A DNA stretch of 64,000 nucleotides, taken from Actinomycetota bacterium. Its GTDB lineage: Bacteria > Actinomycetota > Acidimicrobiia > Acidimicrobiales > AC-14. The translations under genes were made by a program, and so were the position numbers. Positions 9,079 through 18,011 of the stretch are shown one piece after another (within the stretch, counting starts at the first letter, position 1; every line of letters starts with the position of its first letter). Location of the stretch: contig JBFMCT010000011.1 of assembly GCA_040754375.1 (NCBI GenBank), positions 1,384 through 65,383 of the forward strand, given 5' to 3'. Under the pieces are notes generated by a model, which worked only from the letters and a program-made list of their open reading frames with translations, did not search any database and had not been told where the DNA came from.

Positions 9079-9672
9079 CTACTTGCGCACAGCCGCGGCC
9101 GACGGGGCCCGGCGGGACTGGCGCACGAAGGCGATGAAGCCGGCCGCGAACAGGCCGAGGCCGAGGACGCCCAGGCCCACCGTCAGGGCGATGATGCCGG
9201 CCGAACTGCCTTCACTGCCCACCGTGGCCACCGGCGCGGAGGCCGGGGTCACCACCGACTGGCCGTTGGGCCCGAGGATCTGGTAGCTGGCCCGGGCCGG
9301 GGTGCCGTAGGTGTCGACCCCCTGGGCGTCGCGCTGGGTGGCTACCAGCACGTAGTAGCCGGGCTGGCCGTCGGGCACGGTGAACGTGGCCGAGATGTTG
9401 CCCACCCGGTCGGGCTGGACCTCGGCCAGCATGGCCCCGTCGACCCCGTTCCACCGCAGTTGCACGGGGAAGGACGAGGCCACGTCCTGGGCGTTGACCC
9501 GGAACGACGAGCCCGTGACGGTCACCGTGTCACCCGGCTTGCCGGCCGCGCTCGACAGGTTGAGGGTCGCCAGGTTGGTGCACGCGAACACGGCCGCTCC
9601 CGTCAGGACGGTCGCGGTGGCAGCGGCGCCGAAGGCGACGGCTACTTTCTTCCTAAGGTTCACTACTACCAC
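9079..9672 (-). CDS. secreted, C-terminally membrane-anchored protein (Ig/TIG-like single domain)
   Basis: 197 aa. N-terminal signal (KKVAVAFGAAATATVLTGAAVFA), beta-rich middle (GDTVTVTGSSF..), C-terminal TM helix IIALTVGLGVLGLGLFAAGFIAF followed by a basic tail RQSRR. Confidence 0.65.
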   Translation of the reverse strand: MVVVNLRKKVAVAFGAAATATVLTGAAVFACTNLATLNLSSAAGKPGDTVTVTGSSFRVNAQDVASSFPVQLRWNGVDGAMLAEVQPDRVGNISATFTVPDGQPGYYVLVATQRDAQGVDTYGTPARASYQILGPNGQSVVTPASAPVATVGSEGSSAGIIALTVGLGVLGLGLFAAGFIAFVRQSRRAPSAAAVRK

Positions 9673-9799
9673 CTCTCTTTCGTACGCACAGCTCTAATGA
9701 CGCGCCGACCACCAGTCGGGTACGAACGAGGCCCAGGGAGGCCCCAGCCCGACGGCGTCCCGGCACCCTCCAGTATGCCAATACGGCGCTCGGTGCACA

Positions 9800-9835
9800 A
9801 TACTGGCAGTCGGCATATACTGCCGGTGCCAGTAT
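9800..9835 (-). terminator. 14-bp compound hairpin immediately after the dinG-like stop
   Basis: ATACTGGCA(9800-08) gt CGGCA(9811-15) tatac TGCCG(9821-25) g TGCCAGTAT(9827-35). It starts 12 nt after the stop at 9847-9849. The minus-strand RNA is followed by UUGUG. Confidence 0.4.
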
Positions 9836-9846
9836 CGGATGGCGTC

Positions 9847-12015
9847 CTATATCTCCCCGGCTGCCAGTTGGGCGAGGTAGGCCCGGACTTCGGCGCCGTC
9901 GATCGAGCGACGCATGGGGGGCAGTGACCGGAGCAGGGCCGCCTTGTAGCGCGCCTTGGCCAACCGGCGGTCGAGCACCGCCACGACACCTCGGTCGGTG
10001 GCCGTGCGCACCAGCCTTCCGGCTCCTTGGGCCAACAAGGTGGCGGCTAGAGGGAGGTCGACGGCCTCGAACGGCACCCGTTGCTCGTTCTGGGCGGCTT
10101 GGCGGCGGGCCTCGAGAAGGGGGTCCCGGGGGGATGGGAACGGGAGGCGGTCGATGACCACCAGGGTCAGCGACCGGCCGGGTACGTCCATGCCCTGCCA
10201 GTAGCCCATCGTGGCCAGCAGGCAGGATGTCTCGTCGTCTCGGAACCGTTCAATCAGCCCCGGGCTGGGTGGCCCGTCCTGCACATGCACAGCCCACGGG
10301 AACCTGTCCTTGAAGCTCTCGCTGGCCAGGCGCAGCATGCGGTGGCTGGTGAACAGACCGAGCGTCCGCCCGCCGGCCGCCTCCATCAATGAGGCCAGCT
10401 CGTCGAGGGCGGCGGCGTCGAAAGACCTGGGCATCTGGCGGGGATCGGGCAGGTGCACGGGGCAGTAGAGCAAGGCGTTGGCCCGGTAGTCGAACGGGCT
10501 CCCCAACCGCAGCCCCACCACCGCCCGGCCCCCCTCCCCCGGCCCGCCGCCACCGCCGTCGAGCTCGCCGTCGGGGTCGTCGGCCCCACGGTCGCCGGGG
10601 CCGTCAGGGTCATCGGGGCCCTCGCCGCTCTCGTCCCCGCCTACGCGTTCGCCGGCCAGGAGGGCGGGGCGTAGGCCGAGGCGATGGGCGACGGGGTCGA
10701 CATCGCCCCCGACGCTCAGGGTGGCACTGGTGAGGATGGCGGTCCGGCGCCGGTACACGCGCTGGGCCAGCACCGGGCCGACGTCGACGGGGGCCACGGT
10801 AAGGACGGGTTCGGGCCCCTCGGGGACGTAGACGACGTCACCGGCTTGGGGGGCACGAGCCCGGCGTAGGTCCTCCAGCAGGCTGGAGGCCGCCTGCAGG
10901 CACCGGTCCCTCCGCCCGTCCCGCCGCCCCCCGGCGCCCGGCTCCCCGCCCCCGCCCGACGGGCCGCCCCCGCCCGAGCCCGAGCCCGCGCCCGACGGTA
11001 GCTTGCGCAGGAGCGAGGTCACCGCCGAGAGCACCTCGTCGGCCGCGGCCAGGGCCCCGGCGACCGACGGCTCAGTCACGTCGAGGCGCTGGCCGGTCGC
11101 GGGAGCCAGCGCCGCAGCCACGCTGTCGCCCACCCGTTCGAGGCGGGCCGGTTCCTCCGAACCCGCCACCATCAGGCCCCGGAGCTGGCCGGCCAGCCAG
11201 GCGAAGCGGCGGCGTCCGAGTTCGAGGCCGAACGTCCGGCTGGCCACGTTCTCCAGTTCGTGGGCCTCGTCGAACACGACGGCGTCGTGATCACCGAGAA
11301 GAGCCCCGCCGATGGCCGTGTCCAGGCAGTAGAGGTCGATGTTGGTGACGACGAGCTGGGCCTCACGCGCCCGGGCCAGGGCCTTCTCGGCCAGGCACTC
11401 CTCCCCGCGGTCGCAGGACGCCGCCCCCGGGCACTCGCGGGGGCCCACCGTCACGAGGCCCATGAGGCCGGGGCCCACCTCGACGGGCGCGGCCCCCATG
11501 TCGCCCGCCCCCGGGGTGAGGGCCCAGTCGGCCAGTTGGTCGAGGACGGGCCGGCGGCGGTCGGCGATGAGCTGGCCCTGGTCGCCACCGGTGGCCTCGG
11601 CCAGCTTGGCCAGGCACAGGTAGTTCGACCGTCCCTTGAGCACGGCCGCGTCCACCCCGCCCAGGGCGGCGGCCACCACCGGGATGTCCTTGTTGATGAG
11701 CTGGTCCTGCAGGGGCTTGCGGGCGGTGGCGACCACCACCCGCCGGCCCGACAGGACGGCCGCCACCAGGTAGGCCAGCGACTTGCCCACACCGGTGCCC
11801 GCCTCCACGGCCAGGTGGTGGCCGGCGGCCAGGGCCTCGGCCACGGCCCGGCACATCTCGGCCTGCTCGGGCCGTTCCTCGCCGCCGGGCAGGCCGGCCA
11901 CGAGGGCAGCCAGTGCCGCCACCGCCTCGCCACCTGGGCCCTTGTTCACCCACCCAGCATCGCCCACGGCCGCCGCCGGGACCGGTACCCGACCCACGAG
12001 CGGCCCACCTGGCAC
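9847..12015 (-). CDS. dinG: ATP-dependent DNA helicase, DinG/XPD (Rad3-related, Fe-S) family
   Basis: 722 aa. Walker A AGTGVGKSLAY and DEAH box VFDEAHELE. Four Cys (NYLC.., ..ECPGAASCDRGEEC) in the position of the XPD-type 4Fe-4S domain. Two Gly/Asp/Pro low-complexity insertions. Confidence 0.85.
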   Translation of the reverse strand: MPGGPLVGRVPVPAAAVGDAGWVNKGPGGEAVAALAALVAGLPGGEERPEQAEMCRAVAEALAAGHHLAVEAGTGVGKSLAYLVAAVLSGRRVVVATARKPLQDQLINKDIPVVAAALGGVDAAVLKGRSNYLCLAKLAEATGGDQGQLIADRRRPVLDQLADWALTPGAGDMGAAPVEVGPGLMGLVTVGPRECPGAASCDRGEECLAEKALARAREAQLVVTNIDLYCLDTAIGGALLGDHDAVVFDEAHELENVASRTFGLELGRRRFAWLAGQLRGLMVAGSEEPARLERVGDSVAAALAPATGQRLDVTEPSVAGALAAADEVLSAVTSLLRKLPSGAGSGSGGGGPSGGGGEPGAGGRRDGRRDRCLQAASSLLEDLRRARAPQAGDVVYVPEGPEPVLTVAPVDVGPVLAQRVYRRRTAILTSATLSVGGDVDPVAHRLGLRPALLAGERVGGDESGEGPDDPDGPGDRGADDPDGELDGGGGGPGEGGRAVVGLRLGSPFDYRANALLYCPVHLPDPRQMPRSFDAAALDELASLMEAAGGRTLGLFTSHRMLRLASESFKDRFPWAVHVQDGPPSPGLIERFRDDETSCLLATMGYWQGMDVPGRSLTLVVIDRLPFPSPRDPLLEARRQAAQNEQRVPFEAVDLPLAATLLAQGAGRLVRTATDRGVVAVLDRRLAKARYKAALLRSLPPMRRSIDGAEVRAYLAQLAAGEI

Positions 12016-12077
12016 GATCTGTGGGTGCCGGCCGTGGACAACCGCCTGTGAACCTGCCGTCGGGAAGGAGCGCCGAG

Positions 12078-12317
12078 GTGGCCCGGGCTCTCGGCGTGGT
12101 GCTGCTCGTCCCCGTCTCGCTGTTCTACCTGGCCAGTGGGCTCGTCGTGCCGATGCCGTGGCTGGTCGCCGTATGGGCCTTGGGAGTGGCGGCCGTGGCC
12201 TACGCCATTGTCAACCGCCGCCACCGGTGGCGGGTGGCGGCCACCCCCGTGGTCTCCTTCGCCCTGTGGGTGGTCGTGCTCTCCCTGGGCGACGCCCTCC
12301 TGGGGTGGACGGCCTGA
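12078..12317 (+). CDS. small membrane protein (2-3 TM)
   Basis: GTG at 12078 preceded by gggaaggag; translation VARALGVVLLVPVSLFYLASGLVVPMPWLVAVWALGVAAVAYAIV.. is hydrophobic. The upstream part of ORF 11913..12317 overlaps dinG. Confidence 0.4.
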   Translation: MARALGVVLLVPVSLFYLASGLVVPMPWLVAVWALGVAAVAYAIVNRRHRWRVAATPVVSFALWVVVLSLGDALLGWTA

Positions 12318-12337
12318 CCCGCGGGCCCAGCCCGGAG

Positions 12338-12580
12338 TCAGCCGTCGCCGCCCTCGCCGCCCCCTCCGCCCGATCCCCCGCCCGAGCCGGCCTGGGTCAG
12401 CAGGGCGAACAGGCCCCCCGCCAGGGTGGCCAGCAGCGTGGTGAACGACTCGGGCGCGTCACGGCCCTCATAGGCCATGATGGCCCACGTGATCCCGCCC
12501 ACGACGAAGTAGATCGCCAGCGCGGAGACGATCACCAGGTAGAGCCACGGGGGTAGACGGGGGTTCTGTCCTCCGGCCAA
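12338..12580 (-). CDS. small membrane protein with Gly-rich tail
   Basis: 80-aa ORF (TTG start) with two hydrophobic helices (WLYLVIVSALAIYFVVGGITWAI; TTLLATLAGGLFALL). Confidence 0.4.
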   Translation of the reverse strand: MAGGQNPRLPPWLYLVIVSALAIYFVVGGITWAIMAYEGRDAPESFTTLLATLAGGLFALLTQAGSGGGSGGGGGEGGDG

Positions 12581-12589
12581 GGTCCCGCC

Positions 12590-12835
12590 TCAACCGATCG
12601 CCGGGACGGAGCCGCTCTCGGGACCGTCGGACAACGGCGGGGCGGGCCGCACCTCCTCGACGAGCTTTTCCTTGTCGACCTCGCCCTCGATGTTCAGCTC
12701 GGCGATGACACCGTCCTCACCGAGGCTCACCGTGACCCGCGTCCCCTTGTCCACGTCGAACGGTCTACGCCGTGGCGGCCCGCCTGTCGAGCGCGGCGCC
12801 GGACGCCCGCCCGGGCCGGTCGCGCCGGGTGCCAT
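12590..12835 (-). CDS. possible small protein (81 aa), weakly supported
   Basis: ATG at 12835. Only the C-terminal part (FDVDKGTRVTVSLGEDGVIAELNIEGEVDKEKLVEEV) looks protein-like. The rest of ORF 12590..13441 is antisense to the methyltransferase. Confidence 0.25.
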   Translation of the reverse strand: MAPGATGPGGRPAPRSTGGPPRRRPFDVDKGTRVTVSLGEDGVIAELNIEGEVDKEKLVEEVRPAPPLSDGPESGSVPAIG

Positions 12836-12844
12836 GCTGGCGGG

Positions 12845-13573
12845 GTGGACGACGGGGTGCTCGACGAGCAGCAAGCGTTCTACCGGGCCAGGGCACCGCA
12901 CTACGACGACTGGTGGCTGGGCCGGGGCAACTACCAGCGCGGCGAAGACCGGGCCCGGCGGTGGCACGAGCAGGTCGTGACCATAGAGCGGGCGCTGGCC
13001 GAGTTCGGGCCCCGGGGCGACGTGCTCGAGCTGGCGGGCGGCACGGGCTGGTGGACACTCCAACTGGCCCGCACCGCCGGCACGCTGACCGTCGTCGATT
13101 CGTCCCCCGAGGCCCTCGAGCTCAACCGCCGGCGCGTCTCCGCGGCCGAGGGGGCGACGACCACCACCGAGGTCGACTACGTGGTGGCCGACTTGTTCTC
13201 CTGGGAACCGGCCCGGCAGTTCGACGTCGTCTTCTTCTCGTTCTGGCTGTCCCACGTTCCCCGCGCCCGGTTCGCCGACTTCTGGGCCCTCGTGCGGCGC
13301 AGCCTGCGCCCCGGTGGCCGGGCCTTCCTGGTCGACAACCGCCACCAACCCACGCCGGGCGTCTCCGGCGGCGACCCCTACGTGGTCGAGTACCTGCCCG
13401 ACCTCCACCGCCGCCGGCTGGAGGACGGCCGCGAGTTCCACGTGGTCAAGGTCACCTACGGGCCCGACGAGCTCGCCGCCCTGCTCCAGGCGGACGGCTG
13501 GCAGCCCTCCATAGACGCCACTGAGTGGTTCCTGTACGGCTGGGCCCAGCCCGCCGACCCGGGAGTGCAGTAG
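12845..13573 (+). CDS. class I SAM-dependent methyltransferase
   Basis: 242 aa. Motif I VLELAGGTGWWT, then VVDSSPEAL, FDVVFFSFWLSHVP and LRPGGRAFLVD. Confidence 0.85.
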   Translation: MDDGVLDEQQAFYRARAPHYDDWWLGRGNYQRGEDRARRWHEQVVTIERALAEFGPRGDVLELAGGTGWWTLQLARTAGTLTVVDSSPEALELNRRRVSAAEGATTTTEVDYVVADLFSWEPARQFDVVFFSFWLSHVPRARFADFWALVRRSLRPGGRAFLVDNRHQPTPGVSGGDPYVVEYLPDLHRRRLEDGREFHVVKVTYGPDELAALLQADGWQPSIDATEWFLYGWAQPADPGVQ

Positions 13574-13663
13574 AGGGCTGCGAGCACGGTCCGTGGTGCT
13601 CCGCTAGGTTGGCCTCGGCTGGGCTTTGCGGGAAACCTGGTTCGAGGAAGGCGGGGGACGAGA

Positions 13664-15262
13664 ATGAAGAACGCTGTTCGGGGCGCGACCGGAGCAGTCA
13701 CACTGCTGGCGTTGCTGTTCGTGAACACATCCGCGGGCGCACAGACGGGGGACCGTACGCCCGCGCCCACGGGGGCCGTCCAGGTCACCGCCAACCCACT
13801 GCCCGTACGCGCCCATTCCTCGCCCCAGATCGCCATGAACCCCCGCACCGGCGAGCTCGTGGTCGTCGAGGCCGACGTGCGCACCGACCGCGCCTGTCGC
13901 GTCCACCTGTCGCTCGACCACGGTAGGACCTGGCGACCCGGCGGCAACCCGATGTCGTCGCCGTTCGACGATTGCAGCTTCTATGCCGAGTACGGGCCGT
14001 ACGCGACGGCCGCTTTCGGCCGCGACGGGACGCTGTACATCGCGTTCGTGGCCAGCGAGCTCCTCGCCCGGAGCCGCAACGACGTCCCCCGCCACGTGTT
14101 CCTGGCCCGCTCCACCGACAGTGGGCGTACGTTCCAGACGACCCGGGTCTTCGACGCCCCGGACGGCGACCAGAACCGGGGCCTCAACAAGGGCCCCATG
14201 GTGGCCGTCGACCCCCGCGACCCGGCCAAGGTGTACGTGGGCTGGCGCCAGGGCGTCTTCACGGCCACCACCACCGAGAAGCTCAAGACCAACATCGCAG
14301 CCTCACACGACGGTGGGCGCACGTTCCGCCCACCCGTGGAGATATCCGGCACCCCCGGCGGTGACTACCCCGCCATCGCGGTCGACGGCCGCGGCACGGT
14401 GCACGCCGTCTACTGGGCGCGCACGTTCGGCGTCCCCCCGACGCCGTCGGGCCAGCAGGCACCCCTGCGGCCGATCATGTACTCCCGCTCGACCGACGGA
14501 GGCGCCACCTTCACGCCGGCCACCGAGATCGACCCCGGCAACCAGTCCGCGTCGCGACCGGCGATGCTGGCCGCCGACCCGTCCTCGGGCAACCTCTACC
14601 TCGTCTGGCATGGCCACGCCGAGCCCAACAACACCGGCCCGCAGTTCGACGGCGACCTCGAGATCTTCGTCCGGACGTCGACCGACGGCGGCGACACCTG
14701 GGGAGAACGCGTCCTCGTCAACGACGACACCGTGAACGCCAACCAGTACGAGCCGGGGGTCTCCGTAGCCCCCAGCGGGCGGGTCGACATCGCCTGGTAC
14801 GACTTCCGGCACAGCCCGACACCGCCGCTGGTGAGCCCCGGCCACAACGGCGACAAGGGGACGTCGGACGTCTATTACAGCTACTCCACCGACGGCGGCC
14901 GGACCTTCGCCCCCAACGTCCGGGTCACCGATCGCAGCATCGACCGCTCGGTGGGCGTGTGGGGCAACGACATCAACAGCAAGTTCAACATCGGCATCGC
15001 GTCGTCGGACCAGGCCGTTCACCTGGCATGGCAGGACAGCCGCAACGCCGTCGGCGAGACCCACTCCGAAGACGTCTACGCGGCCGCCGTATGGCTGGAC
15101 GGCGCCCAGGCCGTGACGACCGGCGCAACGGCGGGTACGCCCGGCTGGCTCCTGCTGGCGGCCGGCCTCGCCTTGGGCCTGGGGGCGGCTGCCGTCGGCG
15201 CCTGGGCCCTCGCCCGCCGGGCCGTGGCCACACCAGGCAGGGGCTCGCCGGTGGCCACCTAG
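13664..15262 (+). CDS. secreted BNR/Asp-box repeat beta-propeller (sialidase-like fold) with C-terminal TM anchor
   Basis: 532 aa. Signal peptide, then repeated S-x-D-x-G-x-T-(W/F) boxes (SLDHGRTW, STDSGRTF, SHDGGRTF, STDGGATF, STDGGDTW, STDGGRTF). C-terminal helix WLLLAAGLALGLGAAAVGAWAL followed by ARR. Confidence 0.8.
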   Translation: MKNAVRGATGAVTLLALLFVNTSAGAQTGDRTPAPTGAVQVTANPLPVRAHSSPQIAMNPRTGELVVVEADVRTDRACRVHLSLDHGRTWRPGGNPMSSPFDDCSFYAEYGPYATAAFGRDGTLYIAFVASELLARSRNDVPRHVFLARSTDSGRTFQTTRVFDAPDGDQNRGLNKGPMVAVDPRDPAKVYVGWRQGVFTATTTEKLKTNIAASHDGGRTFRPPVEISGTPGGDYPAIAVDGRGTVHAVYWARTFGVPPTPSGQQAPLRPIMYSRSTDGGATFTPATEIDPGNQSASRPAMLAADPSSGNLYLVWHGHAEPNNTGPQFDGDLEIFVRTSTDGGDTWGERVLVNDDTVNANQYEPGVSVAPSGRVDIAWYDFRHSPTPPLVSPGHNGDKGTSDVYYSYSTDGGRTFAPNVRVTDRSIDRSVGVWGNDINSKFNIGIASSDQAVHLAWQDSRNAVGETHSEDVYAAAVWLDGAQAVTTGATAGTPGWLLLAAGLALGLGAAAVGAWALARRAVATPGRGSPVAT

Positions 15263-15294
15263 GATGACCCGAGTCGGCTCGCCCCGACAGGCCG

Positions 15295-16467
15295 TCATCT
15301 CCGCCGGTGGCCGGCGGGGTGGGATGTGACGGAGCCGTAGATCTCGAGGTGGCGGCGGGCGGTGGCCTCCCAGGTGAAGCGGGAGGCCACGCGGTGGCCG
15401 GCTCGGACGAGGCGGTGGCGTAGCTGGGCGTCGGTGGCGACGGCCCGCATGGCTCGGGCCAGGGCGCTCGGGTCGGCCGGGGGGACCAGCAGGGCGTCCT
15501 TCCCGTCGGTCAGGTACTCCCGGAAGACCGCTATGTCGGTGGCCACGACGGGCAGGCCCGCGCTCAATGCTTCGAGCACGACCAGGCCCCATCCCTCGTT
15601 CAGCGAGGGGAACACGAAAGCGTCGGCCACGCCGTACCAGTCGCCCAGCTCGTCGTCGTCCACGGTGCCCAGGAGCACCACGTCTCGGCCGAGCTCGAGG
15701 CCGAGGGGCCCGAGGCTGGCGAGGGCCGCCTCGCGGTAGGCCCGGTAGTCCTGGAAGGAGTGCCCGCCGACGATGGCCAGGACCGGCCTCGGGTCGAGGG
15801 CGTCGAGGGCGGCCAGGGCGGCCAGCAGGTGGGCACTGCCCTTGCGGGGCTCGATGCCGCCCACGGTGAGGAACACGAACCGGCCGTCGCCCGCCCCGAT
15901 CCGGTGGCGCAGGGCGGCCCGTCGACCGGCAGGGACGGGCGGGAACGGCCGGCCGTCGGCCCCGTTGTAGACGACCTCGGCGTCCACGCCGTAGCCGTCG
16001 CGCAGGAGCGTGCGCCAGTGCTCGCTCACCACCAAGGCCCGGTCGGGCTCGAGGATGGCCTGGTGCTGGCAGTCGATCAGCGCCTGGGTGGTGAAGTCGT
16101 CGACGTGATGGACGGTACGCACCACCGGCACCCCGGCACCGCCGTCGCGTACCCGGGCGGCGGCCCGCGCCGAGATGCAGTCCTGGGCGTGGAAGAGGTC
16201 GAAGTCGTCGGCGACGACCGAGAGGCCGGCAGCCAGGGAGGCCACCGACGCGAAGACCCGTTCCTCCAGGCTGGCCCCCTCGGCGGGCGGGCCCACGATC
16301 TTGACCGGGACAGCGACGGGCCTGAAGAACCCCGCACTGTCGCCCAGGGCGAGGACGGTCACGTCGGCCCCCAGGCGGTGGAGGGCCTCAGCCAGCCACA
16401 GGGTGTGGGCCACACCGCCGCGGGGCTTCACCGAGTACGTGACGAGGCCGATCCGCGGCCCGGTCAC
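15295..16467 (-). CDS. GT4-family glycosyltransferase (MSMEG_0565-like by context)
   Basis: GTG at 16467 overlaps the fdrA-like stop (GTGA). 390 aa with the GT-B C-terminal pattern FVFPSLNEGWGLVVLEALSAGLPVV. The listed ORF 15295..16905 has a spurious N-terminal extension. Confidence 0.8.
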   Translation of the reverse strand: MTGPRIGLVTYSVKPRGGVAHTLWLAEALHRLGADVTVLALGDSAGFFRPVAVPVKIVGPPAEGASLEERVFASVASLAAGLSVVADDFDLFHAQDCISARAAARVRDGGAGVPVVRTVHHVDDFTTQALIDCQHQAILEPDRALVVSEHWRTLLRDGYGVDAEVVYNGADGRPFPPVPAGRRAALRHRIGAGDGRFVFLTVGGIEPRKGSAHLLAALAALDALDPRPVLAIVGGHSFQDYRAYREAALASLGPLGLELGRDVVLLGTVDDDELGDWYGVADAFVFPSLNEGWGLVVLEALSAGLPVVATDIAVFREYLTDGKDALLVPPADPSALARAMRAVATDAQLRHRLVRAGHRVASRFTWEATARRHLEIYGSVTSHPAGHRRR

Positions 16468-18011
16468 AATGCAGCGGTGACGAGCTGAGGCTGGCGGGTG
16501 GCGATGGCGGCCGCGGCCAAGGAGGCCCGGGCGGCGGTGGGCGTGACCGTGCAGCCCGCCTCGGTAAGTTGGGCCCGCTGGCGCTCGAAGCCCTGAGGGT
16601 CGCCGTCGGTCCCCAGCACGTAGGCCACCACGCTCGGCCCGCCGCCGGCCATGATCTCCGCGCACGCAGGGGCCAGTTCGCCCGCCGGGTCGGGGTGGGA
16701 CCCGTACCCCAGCACGACGTCGATCAGGACCACGGCCACCTCCTCGTCCTGGCCCGCCTCCCTGATGAGCTCGAGGCGGGCCGCGGGGTCGATCATGGGA
16801 TGGGGGCGGCCCTTGGTGTACTCCTCCTCGCCCAGGTCGAGACAGACGTGGCTGCCGGTTGGCGCGGGCACCCGGTAGGCCTTGTCCAGCGGTGTGTTGG
16901 ACCAAACCGGGCCGATGTACCGCGACAGGACCGCCAGCGACTCGTAGCAGAGCGTCCCGCCCGAGAACAGGCCCCGCACGAGGGACCGGCCCGGGCCGAG
17001 GCGGGCGGCGGACCTCTCGACCGCCTCAGCCAGACCGGAGATCAGGTCGGGCACGTCGATGCCCAACAGGGTCAGGGCCCGCACCACCCCCTCCTCCAGC
17101 GTGCCTACGACGGCGACGCCCTCGGGTTGCCCGAACGCCGGTCCCAAACCGATGAGCGAGGCCACCAGCGGCGTGCCCCCGGCCAGGGCCACGACGTCGC
17201 GGGCGACGTGCTCGGAGGGCGGCTTCGACACCAGGAGGATGGCATCGGTGCCCGGGTCCTTGGCCATGGCCGACACGGCCAGCTTGGCCATGCGCCCGCC
17301 CACGGCATCGGTGAGGTCGCGGCCGCCGAGCCCGACTACCGAGGACACCCCCGCGCCCCAGCGGTCCAGCAGGCTCATGGCCTCCTGGGCGCCGGTGCCC
17401 GCGGCCGCGACCACACCGACCCGGCCCGGCTTGACCACGTTGGCAAAGCCCAGCCCTACGCCCCCGAGCAAGGCGGTGCCCGCCCCGGGGCCCATCACCA
17501 ACAGTCCCAGGTCGGTGGCCCGGTCCTTGAGCGCCACCTCGTCGGCCACCGGCACGTTGTCGCTGAACAGCAGCACGTGGAGGCCGGCAGAGAGGGCCTT
17601 GTGGGCTTCGAGGGCGGCGTAGTCTCCGGGAACGGACACCACGGCGACGTTCGTCGCGGCCTGGGCGGCCAGCGCCTCGCCGAGGGTACGGGGCCGGCGC
17701 TCGGCTTCCCGGTCGTGCTCCGCACCCCGGGGCTCGGCGAACAGCCTTTCCTCGGCGGCCGCCACGGCCGCGCCGGCACTGTCATCGTCGGTCGCCTCGA
17801 CGGCCACGAACAGATCGTCGGCCGAGACGCCGTCGAGGCCACCGGGCGAGAAGCCCCGCTCGACCAGGGTGGCGACGTTGGCCGGGGTGCCCATGGCCGC
17901 GGCCGCCCAGTCGACCCCCTCGACGTCGAGCATGGCCCGGGTGCCGGCCATCTGGAGCACGGAGTCGAGGTAGGTGCCCCCGAAGACCTTGACCAACCGG
18001 CTGGCCGTCAT
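16464..18011 (-). CDS. fdrA: FdrA-family protein (succinyl-CoA-synthetase-alpha-like CoA-ligase fold)
   Basis: 515 aa. Starts ..FGGTYLDSVLQM.. and continues NVAVVSVPGDYAALEAHKAL..GLHVLLFSDNVP..GLLVMGPGAGT..VGVVAAAGTGAQE, as in FdrA. ATG overlaps the carbamate kinase stop (ATGA at 18008-18011). Confidence 0.85.
   Translation of the reverse strand: MTASRLVKVFGGTYLDSVLQMAGTRAMLDVEGVDWAAAAMGTPANVATLVERGFSPGGLDGVSADDLFVAVEATDDDSAGAAVAAAEERLFAEPRGAEHDREAERRPRTLGEALAAQAATNVAVVSVPGDYAALEAHKALSAGLHVLLFSDNVPVADEVALKDRATDLGLLVMGPGAGTALLGGVGLGFANVVKPGRVGVVAAAGTGAQEAMSLLDRWGAGVSSVVGLGGRDLTDAVGGRMAKLAVSAMAKDPGTDAILLVSKPPSEHVARDVVALAGGTPLVASLIGLGPAFGQPEGVAVVGTLEEGVVRALTLLGIDVPDLISGLAEAVERSAARLGPGRSLVRGLFSGGTLCYESLAVLSRYIGPVWSNTPLDKAYRVPAPTGSHVCLDLGEEEYTKGRPHPMIDPAARLELIREAGQDEEVAVVLIDVVLGYGSHPDPAGELAPACAEIMAGGGPSVVAYVLGTDGDPQGFERQRAQLTEAGCTVTPTAARASLAAAAIATRQPQLVTAAL

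Noticed and set aside
12590-13441. 283-aa minus-strand ORF opposite the SAM methyltransferase
   Set aside because: The methyltransferase on the plus strand has all class I motifs. Only the last ~80 codons of the minus ORF lie outside it, and these are kept as a low-confidence small CDS.
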